Made by a program: the position numbers and the translations under genes. The notes under the pieces are model-generated. The model searched no databases and was not told the DNA's origin. It saw only the letters and a program-made list of their open reading frames with translations. A DNA stretch of 63,504 nt, counting the filler, from Eremomyces bilateralis CBS 781.70 (Eukaryota), in NCBI GenBank assembly GCA_010015585.1. It is 5 parts of 4 records of this genome, joined end to end, with 100 filler letters (N's around TTAATTAATTAA, not from the genome) between each part and the next. Parts side by side here need not be neighbours in the genome. Positions count along the whole stretch, not along the records: positions 30,949 to 51,013 come from ML975154.1; positions 51,114 to 58,196 come from ML975154.1; positions 58,297 to 62,304 come from ML975167.1; 2 more parts are not named here. The stretch is one strand, 5' to 3'. Shown here in pieces: positions 47,890 through 60,031 of the stretch. How positions within the stretch are numbered: the first letter of the stretch is position 1; each line of letters begins with the position of its first letter.

Positions 47890-50205
47890 ATGGCGTCAAC
47901 GTCGCTGTCACTGCGGGATCGGCAGCTGCGTGAGTGGACAGAATTCCATGAAATGTATTAATATGTACTGATATACGTATAGGCTCAATTGTGCGCATGC
48001 TGAACCTGAACCACGAGCCTCCAGCGTCACAAGAAGACGAACACGACCAACAAGCGAATGGTGGACTTCCCCATTCCTCATCACTCGTTGACGAGAACGG
48101 TCTGCCAATATGGAAAGTCCTTGTATTCGACAACATGGGGAGGGACATTATCAGCAGCGTTATGCGCGTGCAAGACCTAAGAGAATGCGGCATCACGATC
48201 CATCTGTATGTTCGCGGTTCGCGGTTTCGCACCTACAAGCCATGCTAACCAGATGCGCAGTAATATAAACACCACAAGAGCATCAATACCAGATGTACCC
48301 GTCATCTACCTTGTCGAACCGACCTTGCCGAACCTCCAGATCATCACATCCGACCTTGCGCGAAACCTTTACTCTCCTGCCTACATCAACTGCTTACATT
48401 CGATACCCCGGCAATTACTCGAGGATTTCGCATCAGAATCCGCGAAGACAGGGACAACAGAGCACATCGCTCAAGTATACGACCAATACCTCAATTTCAT
48501 TGTCACGGAGCCGGACCTCTTCAGTCTGGGGCTGGGAAGCGGCGTATACTGGGCCATGAACAGTGCCAAGACACCGGATGAGGAATTGGACGCAACTGTG
48601 GACAAGGTGGTCAGCGGGCTGTTCAGTGTAGTTGTCACAATGGGTATGTTAACAAATACCCTGCTATGGAGCCCTACTGACATTATGTGTTTCAGGATCA
48701 ATACCAATCATCCGGTGTCCAAAAGGCGGCGCAGCTGAGATGATATCTGCAAAACTCGATAGAAAACTGCGGGATCATATCTTGAACTCGAAAGACAACC
48801 TATTTTCCAGCGGATCCCAGTCGAAGTCTGCTGAAGCACAATCATCTCGACCTGTTCTCGTCATTGTTGACCGCACTGTCGATTTGATCCCCATGCTATC
48901 TCACTCGTGGACCTATCAGTCGCTAGTACATGATGTCCTCAAAATGCGCCTAAACAGGATCACAGTCGAGGTACCAAAGGACGAAACCAACCCGAGTGGA
49001 GGAGTAGAAAAGAAGAACTTCCATTTGGATTCCAAGGACTTCTTCTGGAATCGCAATGCCCCGGTCCCATTTCCGCAAGTAGCGGAGGATATCGACAACG
49101 AACTCACGAAGTACAAGGAAGATGCGGACGAGATCATGAAGAAGACTGGTGTCAACTCAATACAAGACCTCGATGGAGACAACAGTGCTTCTGCTCATCA
49201 TCTCAAAGCTGCAATAACTCAGTTGCCGGAGCTCCGGGAGCGGAAGGGCATCTTGGATATGCATATGAGCATTGCTACAGCTTTGTTGACCGGAATCAAA
49301 GAGCGCCAGCTGGATAACTACTACCAGCTGGAGGAAACCATTCTGAAACAGACCAAAGCACAAATCATGGAGCTCATCGCCGACCAGGACAAAGGCAAAG
49401 ACCCTTTGGATAAACTTCGTCTATTCATCATCTGGTACCTAAGCACGGAACAAGAGGTCTCCCGCGCTGAGTTCCAGCGTTTCGAGGAGGCACTGAAAAC
49501 CGCTGGTGCTGAAACGGCTTCGCTAGCATACATCAACGGGTGAGTCAATCCAGTAAACATCCCCTAAGCCCCATCTAACCTCCTCCCAGCGTCCGCGGTC
49601 TCACCCGCATGACAATGATGTCCAGCGCCCCCTCCCAACCCACGCAATCCACCTCCACCGAGCTCTTCCGCGGCTTCTCCTCCATGTCCACCCGCTTCAC
49701 CGACCGCTTCAAAGAGGTCGGCATCAGCGCCAACTTCGAGAACCTCATCTCCGGCGTCAAGAACTTCCTGCCAGCCGACAAGGACTTCACCCTCACCAAG
49801 ATCACCGAGTCGCTGATGGACCCCCAGAACGCCTCCTCCTCTGCCATCGCTAAGACCGAGAACTATCTGTTCTTCGACCCCCGCAGCTCGACGGCGAGGG
49901 GCATCGTGCCCACGGCCAGCCAGGCGCGGAGTCAGGCTCCGGGGGCGCCGGGCGTGTCGAGGGGCATCGAGGCGAGTTTTGGGCAGCGAAGGCAGGGGTT
50001 TGCGGAGGCGATCGTGTTCACGGTGGGAGGTGGGAGCATGGACGAGTATGGAAACTTGCAGGAATGGGCGACGCGGACGGGTGCCGGCGGTGGGCCGGCG
50101 ACGGCGACAGGGCCGAAGAAACGGGTGGTGTATGGAAGCACGGAGTTGTTGAATGCGCAGGATTTCGTGAGCAAGGAGTTAGCGAGATTGGGGGAGGAGG
50201 CTTGA
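47890..50205 (+). CDS. SLY1: Sec1/Munc18-family ER-Golgi trafficking protein
   Basis: [81 protein letters not shown]; four GT-AG introns. Confidence 0.96.
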
Positions 50206-50703
50206 GTGAGGGGTGGAAGCCCTGTTGTGCGGCATCGCTGTATAAGTGCTAGAATTTAGGATGGTTCGGATATTGTATCCTATCTGATCAAGCTGAAGGC
50301 ACTGCCTGGACAGGCATACGCAATTATAATATACCTCAAAAACAACAGTTGATATCTTGGATTGTGCATATTATTACAGTATCCACTAAGTTAGTTATGG
50401 AAACTAGAGTTCCGGGATATACTAATTCGCCTCCAGTTTACTTTTCATAAATGCGTTGTCCACGATATCTGTAGTTATCCATTTTTAGCTCTAGACCCCC
50501 TGGAACTTCCACTGGTCGTGATCCTACTTCGATATTTGCAAGAAACACAGGTACCATCCACGCTAAGCCCAACGTTGCCCCTGACATGATACATGTTCTC
50601 GTTTCCTTAGTTCTCGTTCTCCTCGAGGACCAGAGTAATAGTGACATGAATTGGTTGACCTGGGCCTTGTTGAACTTAGACTTGGTAAACGTTGTACGAG
50701 GAG

Positions 50704-51013
50704 TAGGGCTGGACACGAATATTCGATTACGAATATTCGTACGAATATTCGTAGTCGAATACGAATAAAATTTAGAATTTCCGCTTACTAATATTCGTAC
50801 GAATAATATTCGCATTATTCGTAATTATTCGTAATTATTCGTAAATCTCTGAAGCTATTTCCATGTATCTCGCAGCATCATAAGACGCCTCATAGTCTCT
50901 GCACTCATTGAGCTCCTCCGCACTCCTAAGAGATCTCTTCCCCCACTGAACAGTCTTTCGACTGATACCCCAGATGCTGGTATAGCCAAATAATCTCTGG
51001 CAGCTGCAGCCAT
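50704..51013 (-). mobile_element. hAT family A, 3' end with dimerisation domain
   Basis: TIR TAGGGCTGGACACGAATA at 50704; CGAATA/TATTCG repeats; minus strand 50855-51013 encodes MAAAARDYLAIPASGVSVERLFSGGRDLLGVRRSSMSAETM. Confidence 0.92.
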
Positions 51014-51113
51014 NNNNNNNNNNNNNNNNNNNNNNNNNNNNNNNNNNNNNNNNNNNNTTAATTAATTAANNNNNNNNNNNNNNNNNNNNNNNNNNNNNNN
51101 NNNNNNNNNNNNN
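51014..51113. other. Artificial contig linker
   Basis: Same 100-bp N/TTAATTAATTAA/N structure. Confidence 0.98.
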
Positions 51114-51479
51114 GAGGATATTGCATGACAGGGACAAGGTGCGCCACGCAGCAGGGTGGCTGATCGATGCGGGAGGCCTAGAGCAATACCGGGTGGCCAA
51201 GGAAGTTGAGGAGGAGGTAATAGAGGACTGGAAACCGTTCCAGCTCCTCCACGACGTGCCAGAATAAGCTCTCCGCGTAGGCGGAAACACCGACTCGTAC
51301 GGATAGATGATAAACGTTTGAGATAGTCTACTAAAGGGAGGAGGCGGGATTTCATGTACCCGCAGCCTCAGGGCTATGGGGAAACTTTTGCCCGCGGCAG
51401 ACCAGATAGAATGCCGTGCTCATAGACCCGAAAGGGATCCAGATAGTACGTTAAATTGATTCTTATTCTTATTCTTATT
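51114..51479 (+). mobile_element. 3' end of a Tad1-like LINE (LINE-A) inserted in a hAT subterminus
   Basis: RILHDRDKVRHAAGWLIDAGGLEQYRVA...* (stop 51267) resembles fungal LINE ORF2 C-termini; 3' UTR has a CCCGAAAGGG hairpin and an (ATTCTT)3 tail. Confidence 0.65.
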
Positions 51480-51537
51480 ATTATATTCACAAATTATTCA
51501 TATTATTCATATTATTCGTATTCGTTTCGGAGCTCTA
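51480..51537. mobile_element. hAT family B terminus (element extends left)
   Basis: Reverse complement TAGAGCTCCGAAACGAATACGAATAATATGAATAATATGAATAATTTG, nearly identical to the sequence starting at 57765. Confidence 0.82.
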
Positions 51538-54500
51538 GGCACAACCATTGACCTCACTATGGCCTCTCCTAACCATGTCGAAGATCTTATAAGATGCCAC
51601 GTGTGGCCTACAGCATACTCTATGGATCGGACCACGAGGCTATCGAGACCGCTGTTCACCTCGAAACCCGGGACAGTACTTTTGCGCCGCGACGACTCTT
51701 CCGGAATACGGACTGGGATAAAGTCGTGAATAGGACCAAAGCAGCATTTGCCTCTATCCTTCCGATCTCTTCATCGAGTCCCCAGGATTTAGACGAAGCG
51801 GTAGACCTCCTTACAATGACCGTTCGGGAAGCTACACTAGAGTTTACGCCCGTCTCCAAACCGTCTCCATATACAAAACGATGGTGGTCCCATGACCTTA
51901 CCCTCCTCAGGAAAGCCTACACAAACGCAAGAAGCGAGGCCAGAGCCCTTCGGAGGCATGGATCTAGAAACCTAGCCATTGAGCAAGCAGCCACATCCGC
52001 AAAGAAAACCTTCCACGACACTGCAAGACGGCAGAGGAGGAAATGCTGGCAGGACTTCATTGACGATTCATCTAACATCTGGAAAGCATCTAAATACCTC
52101 CGCCCCGCTGAGGAATCGAGCTTCGGAAGGATCCCTGTCATTAAGAAGGGGGAGCAAATCATTACCGACGACCAGGGCATCGCAGAGGAACTCCTCTCGC
52201 AATTCTTCAATCAGGAGGCAACAGCTACTGAAACCGATAGAGAAGAACGGAGCCATCGGACCCTAGTATGGGAGGATATTATGGAGGAAGAAGTACTCTG
52301 CGCCATCAAGAGGGCCAAACCATACAAAGCCCCTGAACCTGACAGCCTGCCGTTAATAGTATGGCAGAAGGTATGGCCAGTTGCGAAACACCATATACTT
52401 GCTATATATAGAACCTCTCTGAGTACCGGACATGTGCCGAGCCAGTGGAAGACAGCACGCATCGTGCCTCTTCGGAAACCTGGAAAGCCGGATTATACGG
52501 CCGCCAAAGCTTACCGTCCGATCTCACTACTCCCTACTCTTGGGAACGTTCTCGAAGCAGTCATTGCGGAAAGAATTTCGTATCTCGATGATCAATATGG
52601 CCTCCTCCCTAAAGCCCATTATTGAGCCCGGAAACAGCCCTCCACGACCGAAGCGCTACAGACCTTGATCGAAGCAGTACACAGAGCCTGGAGACAAAAG
52701 AAGGTCCTTTCAATGATTAGCTTCGACATCAAAGGGGCATATAACGGGGTAATACCGCAGGTACTACACCGTCGCCTTAGAAACAGAGGAATTCCAGAGA
52801 TCGCCTGCAGCTGGGTCCTCCAATTCTGTCTCGACCGGAGGGCATCGATCATTGTTAACGGAACGGAATCGGTAGTCCATGACATCCAACACGCAGGGTT
52901 GCCACAAGGCTCCCCTCTTGCCCCAATTCTTTTCCTGTTTTACAACGCGGACTTAGTCCAGCAAAAACACACTGACCGCGGTGGATCAATGGCGTTTGTA
53001 GACGACTATACCGCATGGGTAGTCGGACCAGATGAACACGAGAACGTTAAGAGGATACAATCGGATACCGTCCCGAAAGTCGAACAATGGAGCCGTACAA
53101 GTGGAGCTACCTTCGAGCCTGACAAGACGCAATTCATCCACTTCACAAGGCGGAGGAATAAGGCCTCTCAGGAGCCTATGAACCTTACTTTCGCCGGCCG
53201 GACGATTACTGCTCAAAGAGAAGCCAAAATCCTCGGAGTTACACTCAACCAGAAACTCTCCTTCCACGGCCACACCGCCAAAGTTGCCACTAAAGCAGAG
53301 AGGGCGGCCATAGCCCTGAAGAGGCTGAGGGGTCTCCGTCCGGAGGCAAAACGGCAATTATTCCACGCCACGGTGGCGCCAGTGTCAGATTACGCTCCCC
53401 CAGTATGGTTCCCAGGATCGGCGAAAACGACTGTCCACAGATTAGAACGAGCCACTAAAATGGGAGCCACAGCGATCGTAGCCATGTTCCGTTCCGCAGC
53501 GTACGATGTGGCTGCCGCGGAAGCAGGAATAAAAACGATTGGAGAAAGACTCAAGGAACTCACCCGGAAATACTGGATCTTGATGCATACCAGACCGGAG
53601 AAGCATCCGTGGTGGAAGACCCAGAACCTCCTGGCCACAGCTAAAATCCCTCGGTCCCCGCTAGAACATACCGAAAGAACGTTCCAGCAGATCGACCTTC
53701 GGAAGATACAGATCAAACCAGCGTTCTCGGTGGCACCCTGGACCCCCCGAATCCCAACGAAACGATTCTCCAACCAGGAAATGCAGAACCACCAACCGCC
53801 ACTGTATTCTCTGTTCGGGACCGCTGTCCGGTACGCCGACCGCGCTGAAATAGTAGTCACGACGCCGATGATCCCAGCGCTCGCCCGGCGGAGAATTCTA
53901 ACCGACGCCAAAGCAACCGACGACAGAAGCCTAGAGACGGAAGTCATCATCGAGTCACTACAGGTGGTACTAACTATCACAAGATTCCAGTACAGAGGGA
54001 GCTTTATCACGCAAATCTACACGCGCAGTCAGGATATGGTTAACCTTGTCCAATGGCCAAGGTCTAGAAAGATCGCGAAGCTCGAACGGATATATGCGCT
54101 GGCCAGACAACTAAAAGAACTAGGAATCGGAATCAGATCGTTCACTGCCCACTACCAACGACACTTGAAGGCTTCGACAAGGCCCTTGAGCAGATAGGAA
54201 GGGAGGTACAGAGATACGAACCCGCGGAACCAGCCCAGACGGCCCACACAGCGGCCCTGAAACTCGGCAGGGCAGACCAACGCCAAAAATAAGAAGCATT
54301 TCGTAAAAGCACAACCGGGAAGTTCATCAAATATCTCGACAAAGCGCTCCCGGGTCGTCATGCGAGAGCACTCTACGACCGCCTCCCGGGTTCCGACGCC
54401 GCCCTCCTAGCCCAAATGAGGACGGGTTACTGCAGACTCAACCACTACCTGAAAAAGATCGCTGCAAGTGATACCAGCTCCTGCGAATGCGGAGAAACGG

Positions 54501-55176
54501 AAACGGTGGAACATTTCCTTCTCAAATGCGGGTTGTGGAATACACCAAGAGCAGGCTTAAGAGCCAAAGTCGGAAGACGGCACGATGATATTGCCTACCT
54601 CCTAGGAGCGTACACGTCACTGGAAAAGGATGGACCTATCGACAAATGGAAACCGGATAGAGAGGTAGTTAACGCGACTCTGGCCTTCGCGAAGGAGACA
54701 AACAGATTGGACGCACAACGATAGATCCAGACAACATGCCGAGATGTCCTCAATCTCAAAACAACGCTGCGCCGCAAGCAAGAACAGCGTTCCCAATAAC
54801 CATTTCTCAAAGGAGATTACTTAGAGGGCCCTCAGTATCGGCCATCTCGGCCACTTGGATTTAAACACGGAGGATATGAGTGCAGAGCAGAGTATAGAAA
54901 ACAGGCATCAACAATGTAAATTAGTCAGCTAGTTCCCCACATGGGCCAACCGATGTTGGCCCGAACGGGCGCAGGAATTGTTGACAGTTTTGGCGTGTCT
55001 ATCCACACGGAAGCAATAGGTTACGTGGCGAAGAATGTAAAGTGCTTGTATTTCTGTAAGAAGTAGAAGTACCGAACGGGGTAGATATACCCATGACTAA
55101 GTAATAGCCGAAGCGGGGAAACAAATGACTAAGTAATGACATCAGATCTTGACAGGAATCAATCAATCAATCAATC
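51538..55176 (+). mobile_element. Tad1-like LINE (LINE-B), disrupted ORF2
   Basis: Endonuclease end (TIDL...GSDH), RT (YRPISLLPTLG, FDIKGAY, GLPQGSPLAP, FVDD), in-frame stop 52623-52625, later stop and frameshift, C-terminal CECGETETVEHFLLKC, (AATC)5 tail at 55157-55176. Confidence 0.95.
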
Positions 55177-55999
55177 GCTGAGAGGCCTGACGGGCGTATG
55201 AATCTCTCTCTCTCTTCTCTTCTTTATCTTTCGTTTCGTCGAATACAAGCTGTTTTACTATAGTGATCCATCTCCATGGTCCTCCAAAATAGCACTGTAA
55301 CAGTGCGCCAATTGAACTACATGATGGTTGCTTCCAACAAAGGTGTGCAAGGGCTAAAATAGGTCTGATATTGTGAAGGAACTGTTTCCTAAAAACTATA
55401 AGAGAGGAGATAGGAGACCTCCTTTAATATGCAGGCACTGAACAGGCTTAGCGCTCATGCTAGGCGAGGTTGGAAAGGGCAACACGGAACACTAATAAAT
55501 AATCCACGAGTGCTCTGGCACCTCCCTTCTTGAGTTGAATCTGAGAAATGGTATGCAATTTGGTGGCGCAGGCAGTGAATTGGGTTTAGGGGAGTAGGAC
55601 CTGTCCATTTTTAATTTTGTATTACCTTCCTATACAAGCTCTCCCCACACTTTCCTTGAACAGCTTCCCGTTTTCTGCTGCCATTTGGCGTGCCGCAGCA
55701 TACTAGCTTGCTACACTCCTCTGCAAACGGGAATAAGTCAGGGGGAGTATTTCAAATGTTTACTCGCGAATTCTTTTCCCTAATGAGATGCCGTATTCAA
55801 TCGGTCTTTTAAGAGCGAGAAGCAGCCGAATATAATTATGCACATTGAGGTCGAGGCAGCGTTAGAAGATTCGTCCTATAAGGGAAAAGAGCGTGTGTGC
55901 TTAACTATTCGTCACGTTCCGCCTTGATACGGACGAATAGGGCTCTGGCTACCCCGTTTCTTCATATCCAATCACGAAAAAGGCATTTCCACTTTCAAG

Positions 56000-57697
56000 A
56001 TGCGTTCACGCCTTCTCCTCACTGGCCTCGTGTCCTTGGCGGTCGCAGACGTAGTGAATCGAGTCGCAGCACCGTCTGTCGTTGCTCCTGCTCCCCAAGC
56101 GACTGTCATCGGCAAACTGGATGACACGATCGAGAGCTTCCGAGGTGTCCCTTTCGCTCAGCCCCCAGTGGGCCACCTCCGATTGCGTCCTCCGCTGCCG
56201 TTGAATGCGCCGCTGGGAACCATCGAAGCGACCTCACCAGCGCAAGCTTGCCCCCAGATGTTCTTCAGCACTGCCAATGCCCAACTTCCGGCGAACCTGC
56301 TAGGCATCCTGATGAATCTGCCGCTGTTCCAAGAGATCCTAAATGCCGGCGAAGACTGTTTGACCCTCGACATTTTTAGGCCTGCAGGGATCCCAGCGGA
56401 TGCAAAACTGCCGGTGTTGTTCTGGATCTACGGAGGGGGTTTTCAGCTTGGCTCGACTTCATTGTTTAGCGGCGGCACAATGGTGAAGTCTGCGATCGAC
56501 TTAAATATGCCTATCATCTTAGTGGGCGTGAACTATCGCATGGGAGGCTTCGGCTTCATGGCCGGGAAGGAGATCAAGGCGGATACGGCCGGAAACTTGG
56601 GATTGCTCGACCAAAGGCTTGGTCTGCAATGGGTGGCGGACAATATCGCAGCCTTCGGGGGTAATCCGGATAAGGTTACCATCTGGGGCCAGTCTGCGGG
56701 AGCGATCAGTGTCTTTGACCAAATGGTCCTATTTGACGGCGACAACACCTACAAGGGAAAGCCGCTCTTCCGCGGAGCAATTATGAACTCAGGAGGAGTT
56801 ATCCCAGCCGACCCTATCGACGGAGTTAAGGGCCAGCTCATTTACGACACTGTCGTGAAGAACGCCGGATGCTCAAGGGCGTCCGACACGCTGCAATGCC
56901 TGCGCGAGCTCTCCTACAACGACTTCCTAGATGCTGCTAACTCCGTTCCTGCTATGCTGAGCTATTTCTCTGTCTCTCTAGCATATCTTCCACGACCTGA
57001 TGGCTTCTCAATGACCGATTCTCCTGACGAACTTGGCCTTGCCGGCAAGATTGCTAAAGTTCCATTCATCATCGGTGACCAAGAAGACGAGGGTACTCTG
57101 CTCGCACTCTTTCAGTCCAATATTACAACGACGGAGGAGCTAAATACTTACCTTAATACGATCCTCTTCCCCTTTATTGATAGGCCGATCATCGAAGGTC
57201 TTGTCGATACCTACGGAAAGAGCTTCATAGAAAGTATCGTCGAAAACTCGCCGTTCCGGACTGGATTGGACAATAATTGGTATCCGCAATTCAAGAAACT
57301 AGCCGCCATTCTGGGCGACCTTACGTTTACACTAACGAGGCGCGCCCTTCTTGACGGCATCGCTCTCGTTGCACCCGAAATTCCGTCTTGGTCATACCTT
57401 GCATCCTACGGCTACGGCACGCCTATTCTTGGCACATTCCACCTCTCAGATCTACTTCAAGTTTTATATGGCATTATGCCAAACTATGCCAGTAGATCGA
57501 TCCATTCGTACTATTTCAGCTTCGTACACAACCTAGATCCGAATATCGGTGCCCACACGTACATGAAGTGGCCGCAATGGAAGGAAGGGAAGAAATTAAT
57601 GAACTTCTATGCTAATCAGGCATTGATAATGAATGATGACTTCCGACAGGATTCATATGAGTTTATAATGAAGTACCGGACTATGTTTAAGATTTAA
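56000..57697 (+). CDS. Secreted type-B carboxylesterase/lipase (Candida rugosa lipase-like)
   Basis: Signal peptide; FRGVPFAQPP, EDCL, WIYGGGF, nucleophile GQSAG, DEGT, GTFH; 565-aa intronless ORF. Confidence 0.95.
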   Translation: MRSRLLLTGLVSLAVADVVNRVAAPSVVAPAPQATVIGKLDDTIESFRGVPFAQPPVGHLRLRPPLPLNAPLGTIEATSPAQACPQMFFSTANAQLPANLLGILMNLPLFQEILNAGEDCLTLDIFRPAGIPADAKLPVLFWIYGGGFQLGSTSLFSGGTMVKSAIDLNMPIILVGVNYRMGGFGFMAGKEIKADTAGNLGLLDQRLGLQWVADNIAAFGGNPDKVTIWGQSAGAISVFDQMVLFDGDNTYKGKPLFRGAIMNSGGVIPADPIDGVKGQLIYDTVVKNAGCSRASDTLQCLRELSYNDFLDAANSVPAMLSYFSVSLAYLPRPDGFSMTDSPDELGLAGKIAKVPFIIGDQEDEGTLLALFQSNITTTEELNTYLNTILFPFIDRPIIEGLVDTYGKSFIESIVENSPFRTGLDNNWYPQFKKLAAILGDLTFTLTRRALLDGIALVAPEIPSWSYLASYGYGTPILGTFHLSDLLQVLYGIMPNYASRSIHSYYFSFVHNLDPNIGAHTYMKWPQWKEGKKLMNFYANQALIMNDDFRQDSYEFIMKYRTMFKI

Positions 57698-57764
57698 AGA
57701 ATAATTTAAAGAAAGGATGTTGGAATTCCATTGCCCCTATGGTTCCCAATTTGAACATTGTCAC

Positions 57765-57860
57765 TAGAGGTCCGAAACGAATACGAATAATATGAATAAT
57801 ATGAATAATTTGCGAATATGAATAAAGTCTTGGCGAATAATGTGAATGTAAGAGTCTCAC
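57765..57860. mobile_element. hAT family B terminus (element extends right)
   Basis: TAGAGGTCCGAAACGAATACGAATAATATGAATAAT...; starts 68 bp after the lipase stop. Confidence 0.82.
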
Positions 57861-58196
57861 TGTCGGGAATCTCCAATCGTGAGGCAAACATTGAATTGTT
57901 GCTATGAAGGAGGAATCTATCTAAGGTGTGCGAGGCGTTTATCTGTTCTGGTGTTTACAGAGCAAACGGGCCACAGGGCCACAAGGCATCCAGGTCTGCG
58001 GACCTCTGATCCATCACACTACCCCCTCCTTCAAAACACGCGAAGTCCACTGAGCGCTCTATCTAATGATACAATGAGGTCGTCGTCCTAATCATCTTTT
58101 TCTTCAATCAATTTGGGCGCAAGCTGTGCCCAGAGCTCGTCATTTGTAAAGGCTGGGTGGATGTCCGGCGCGTCCTTGTGTTTCTCGTGATACGCG
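57861..58196 (-). mobile_element. 3' end of an LTR retrotransposon (Gypsy/chromovirus-like) nested in hAT-B
   Basis: Minus strand: ORF tail AYHEKHKDAP...*, polypurine tract AAGGAGGGGGTAG (about 58019-58031), then a 158-bp TG...CA LTR at 57861-58018. Confidence 0.75.
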
Positions 58197-58296
58197 NNNN
58201 NNNNNNNNNNNNNNNNNNNNNNNNNNNNNNNNNNNNNNNNTTAATTAATTAANNNNNNNNNNNNNNNNNNNNNNNNNNNNNNNNNNNNNNNNNNNN
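58197..58296. other. Artificial contig linker
   Basis: Same 100-bp structure. Confidence 0.98.
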
Positions 58297-58726
58297 CGAA
58301 GTTCGGCACGCAGGATCAGGACCATAACATGTAGAGTGTTTGGATTGGTCCTAAAACTTGATGAAATGTAGAAGTCAACGCGTACGATCAATTTCTGAAA
58401 ACAGATTAGCGATAGCCTTTCCGGATCAAGCACACTTAGCGATGGGAGTTCCCTCACCTATATCATGATTTGATACTCGACACATCCACACAAACTATGC
58501 AGGAGTCTCTCAGACGGCAGTGGTGCCCTCTGCCTTCAAGGCGCATGATTGGTCAATATTTAGTGGCGTGTGCTAAAGAAGAGGCTGGGCTTCATTGGGT
58601 ATAGCGGAGCCCCATAATGGCCAGGGGGCACCATTGCCGCCTGAGTCCCAACTGAGATAACATCGTGCCAGGCTTGACGCTATCGCTGCGACGAAGCCAT
58701 TCGCACATCGATACAATCACGAATTA

Positions 58727-60031
58727 CACTGACACGCCACAAGTCTGGTCAGGGTCGTCAAATCACGTGAATTTCCCCCATCACCACCCATACATTAAGA
58801 TACGCTCAAAAACGTAGAGAAAGCGATCAGTATACTCTTTCTTGATTTCCTAATTAAGACTAGCCTAGTATTTCGTATGCCAGCCCTTTGCCTTAATTAC
58901 AGCCCGTAAACGCTTCGGAATTGAGTCAATTAGTGCCCGGATCTGCTCCTGAGGGATCGCCCACCACGCCTCCTTCAACGCCGTATTCATAGCCTCTCGT
59001 GCCTCCTCTGAGGCGCCTATCGTCTTTAATTCAGGGTGGAGCTCTAGGATCTTCGTTTTTAATAGATGCCACATGTGTTCGATAGGGTTAAGGTCTGGGG
59101 AATTGGCTGGCCAATCGATGACCCAGATTCCGTGTGTCTCCAGCCATTCTTGGGTGATTTTAGCCGTGTGGATCCTTGCGTTATCCTGGATAACAGTATC
59201 CCCGGCTTCGTACGTAGGGAGGAATCCCTCCTCTAACGTAGCGATGTAGGATTTGGCGGAAAAGCCCTGTCTTGGAGAGTCTTCGTCGGGGTCCATGATC
59301 ACCCGCTCCGACCTCCCTTTACGCGAGATTGAGCCCCAAATCATCTGCGAAATCCCCTTGCCAGGGGTCTTAGGCTCGACCATCTTTGGGTCGTATGCCT
59401 CGTGATATAGGCGCCATACCCAAACCTGTTTTCCGCCTACCCCTTTCTCATAAGAGCACTCGTCTGTAGAGTGGGCCCTTGAGAAGTCGAATTTCACGAA
59501 TTCGCGGGCGAATTGGAGCCGGTCTTTGACGTGGTGAGGCCTAAGATGGGGCCTTTCCTTCGCTCGCCACTTCGTAAGGTGATATTTCTTAAGCGTTCGG
59601 TAGATAGTCGTCTTTGAGATCCGGAGGTATTCGACGCGTTCGAGGAGCTCTGTATACTCTATCTTTGGGAATCTGCGTGCAATTTTGACGATATGCCGTT
59701 CGTCTGACCGTGATAATATAGGGGGGGGGCGGCCTTACGAGCTCTAGATTTAAGGAGGTGGTCTTGATCCCATCTTTTCTGCGTCCTGTACACCGTACGT
59801 TCCGTGACGTTGAACTCCTCCGCTACTTCGCTCTTCGTTTTCCCACAAGATAGGTTCCCTAAGATCACAGCTCTTTGAATATCTGTCAATCGTCGTTTCT
59901 GCGTCGATTGGCACTAATTTCATTACCGAAAGACCTCATTTTGATGGTCATGTTGATGATTAAGAGATGGTAGTATTCAGCTGAGATGAAAGTGGTGATG
60001 TGTGGCTGACCAAACTTGTGGCTTAGTACTT
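58727..60031 (-). mobile_element. Tc1-family (DD34E) transposon with frameshifted transposase
   Basis: TDEC...QDNARIH-(34)-SPDLNPIEH. Transposase 59939-58865 with frameshifts near 59890 and at the G-run near 59725. Imperfect ~26-bp TIRs share GCCACAAGT(C/T)TGGTCAG; TA at 58725-58726 and 60032-60033. Confidence 0.9.

Noticed and set aside
50430..50703. Possible gene remnant cut by the hAT (YHVRGNVG-like peptide on minus strand)
   Set aside because: Contains stops and is too short to assign without a search.
50704..50845. CGAATA/TATTCG repeat clusters resembling a CRISPR or iteron array
   Set aside because: No repeat-spacer periodicity; they are hAT subterminal repeats next to a TIR and transposase in a eukaryotic genome.
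51480..57860. Lipase as cargo inside one hAT element
   Set aside because: The two TIRs belong to elements extending away from the lipase, and their 8-bp flanks differ.
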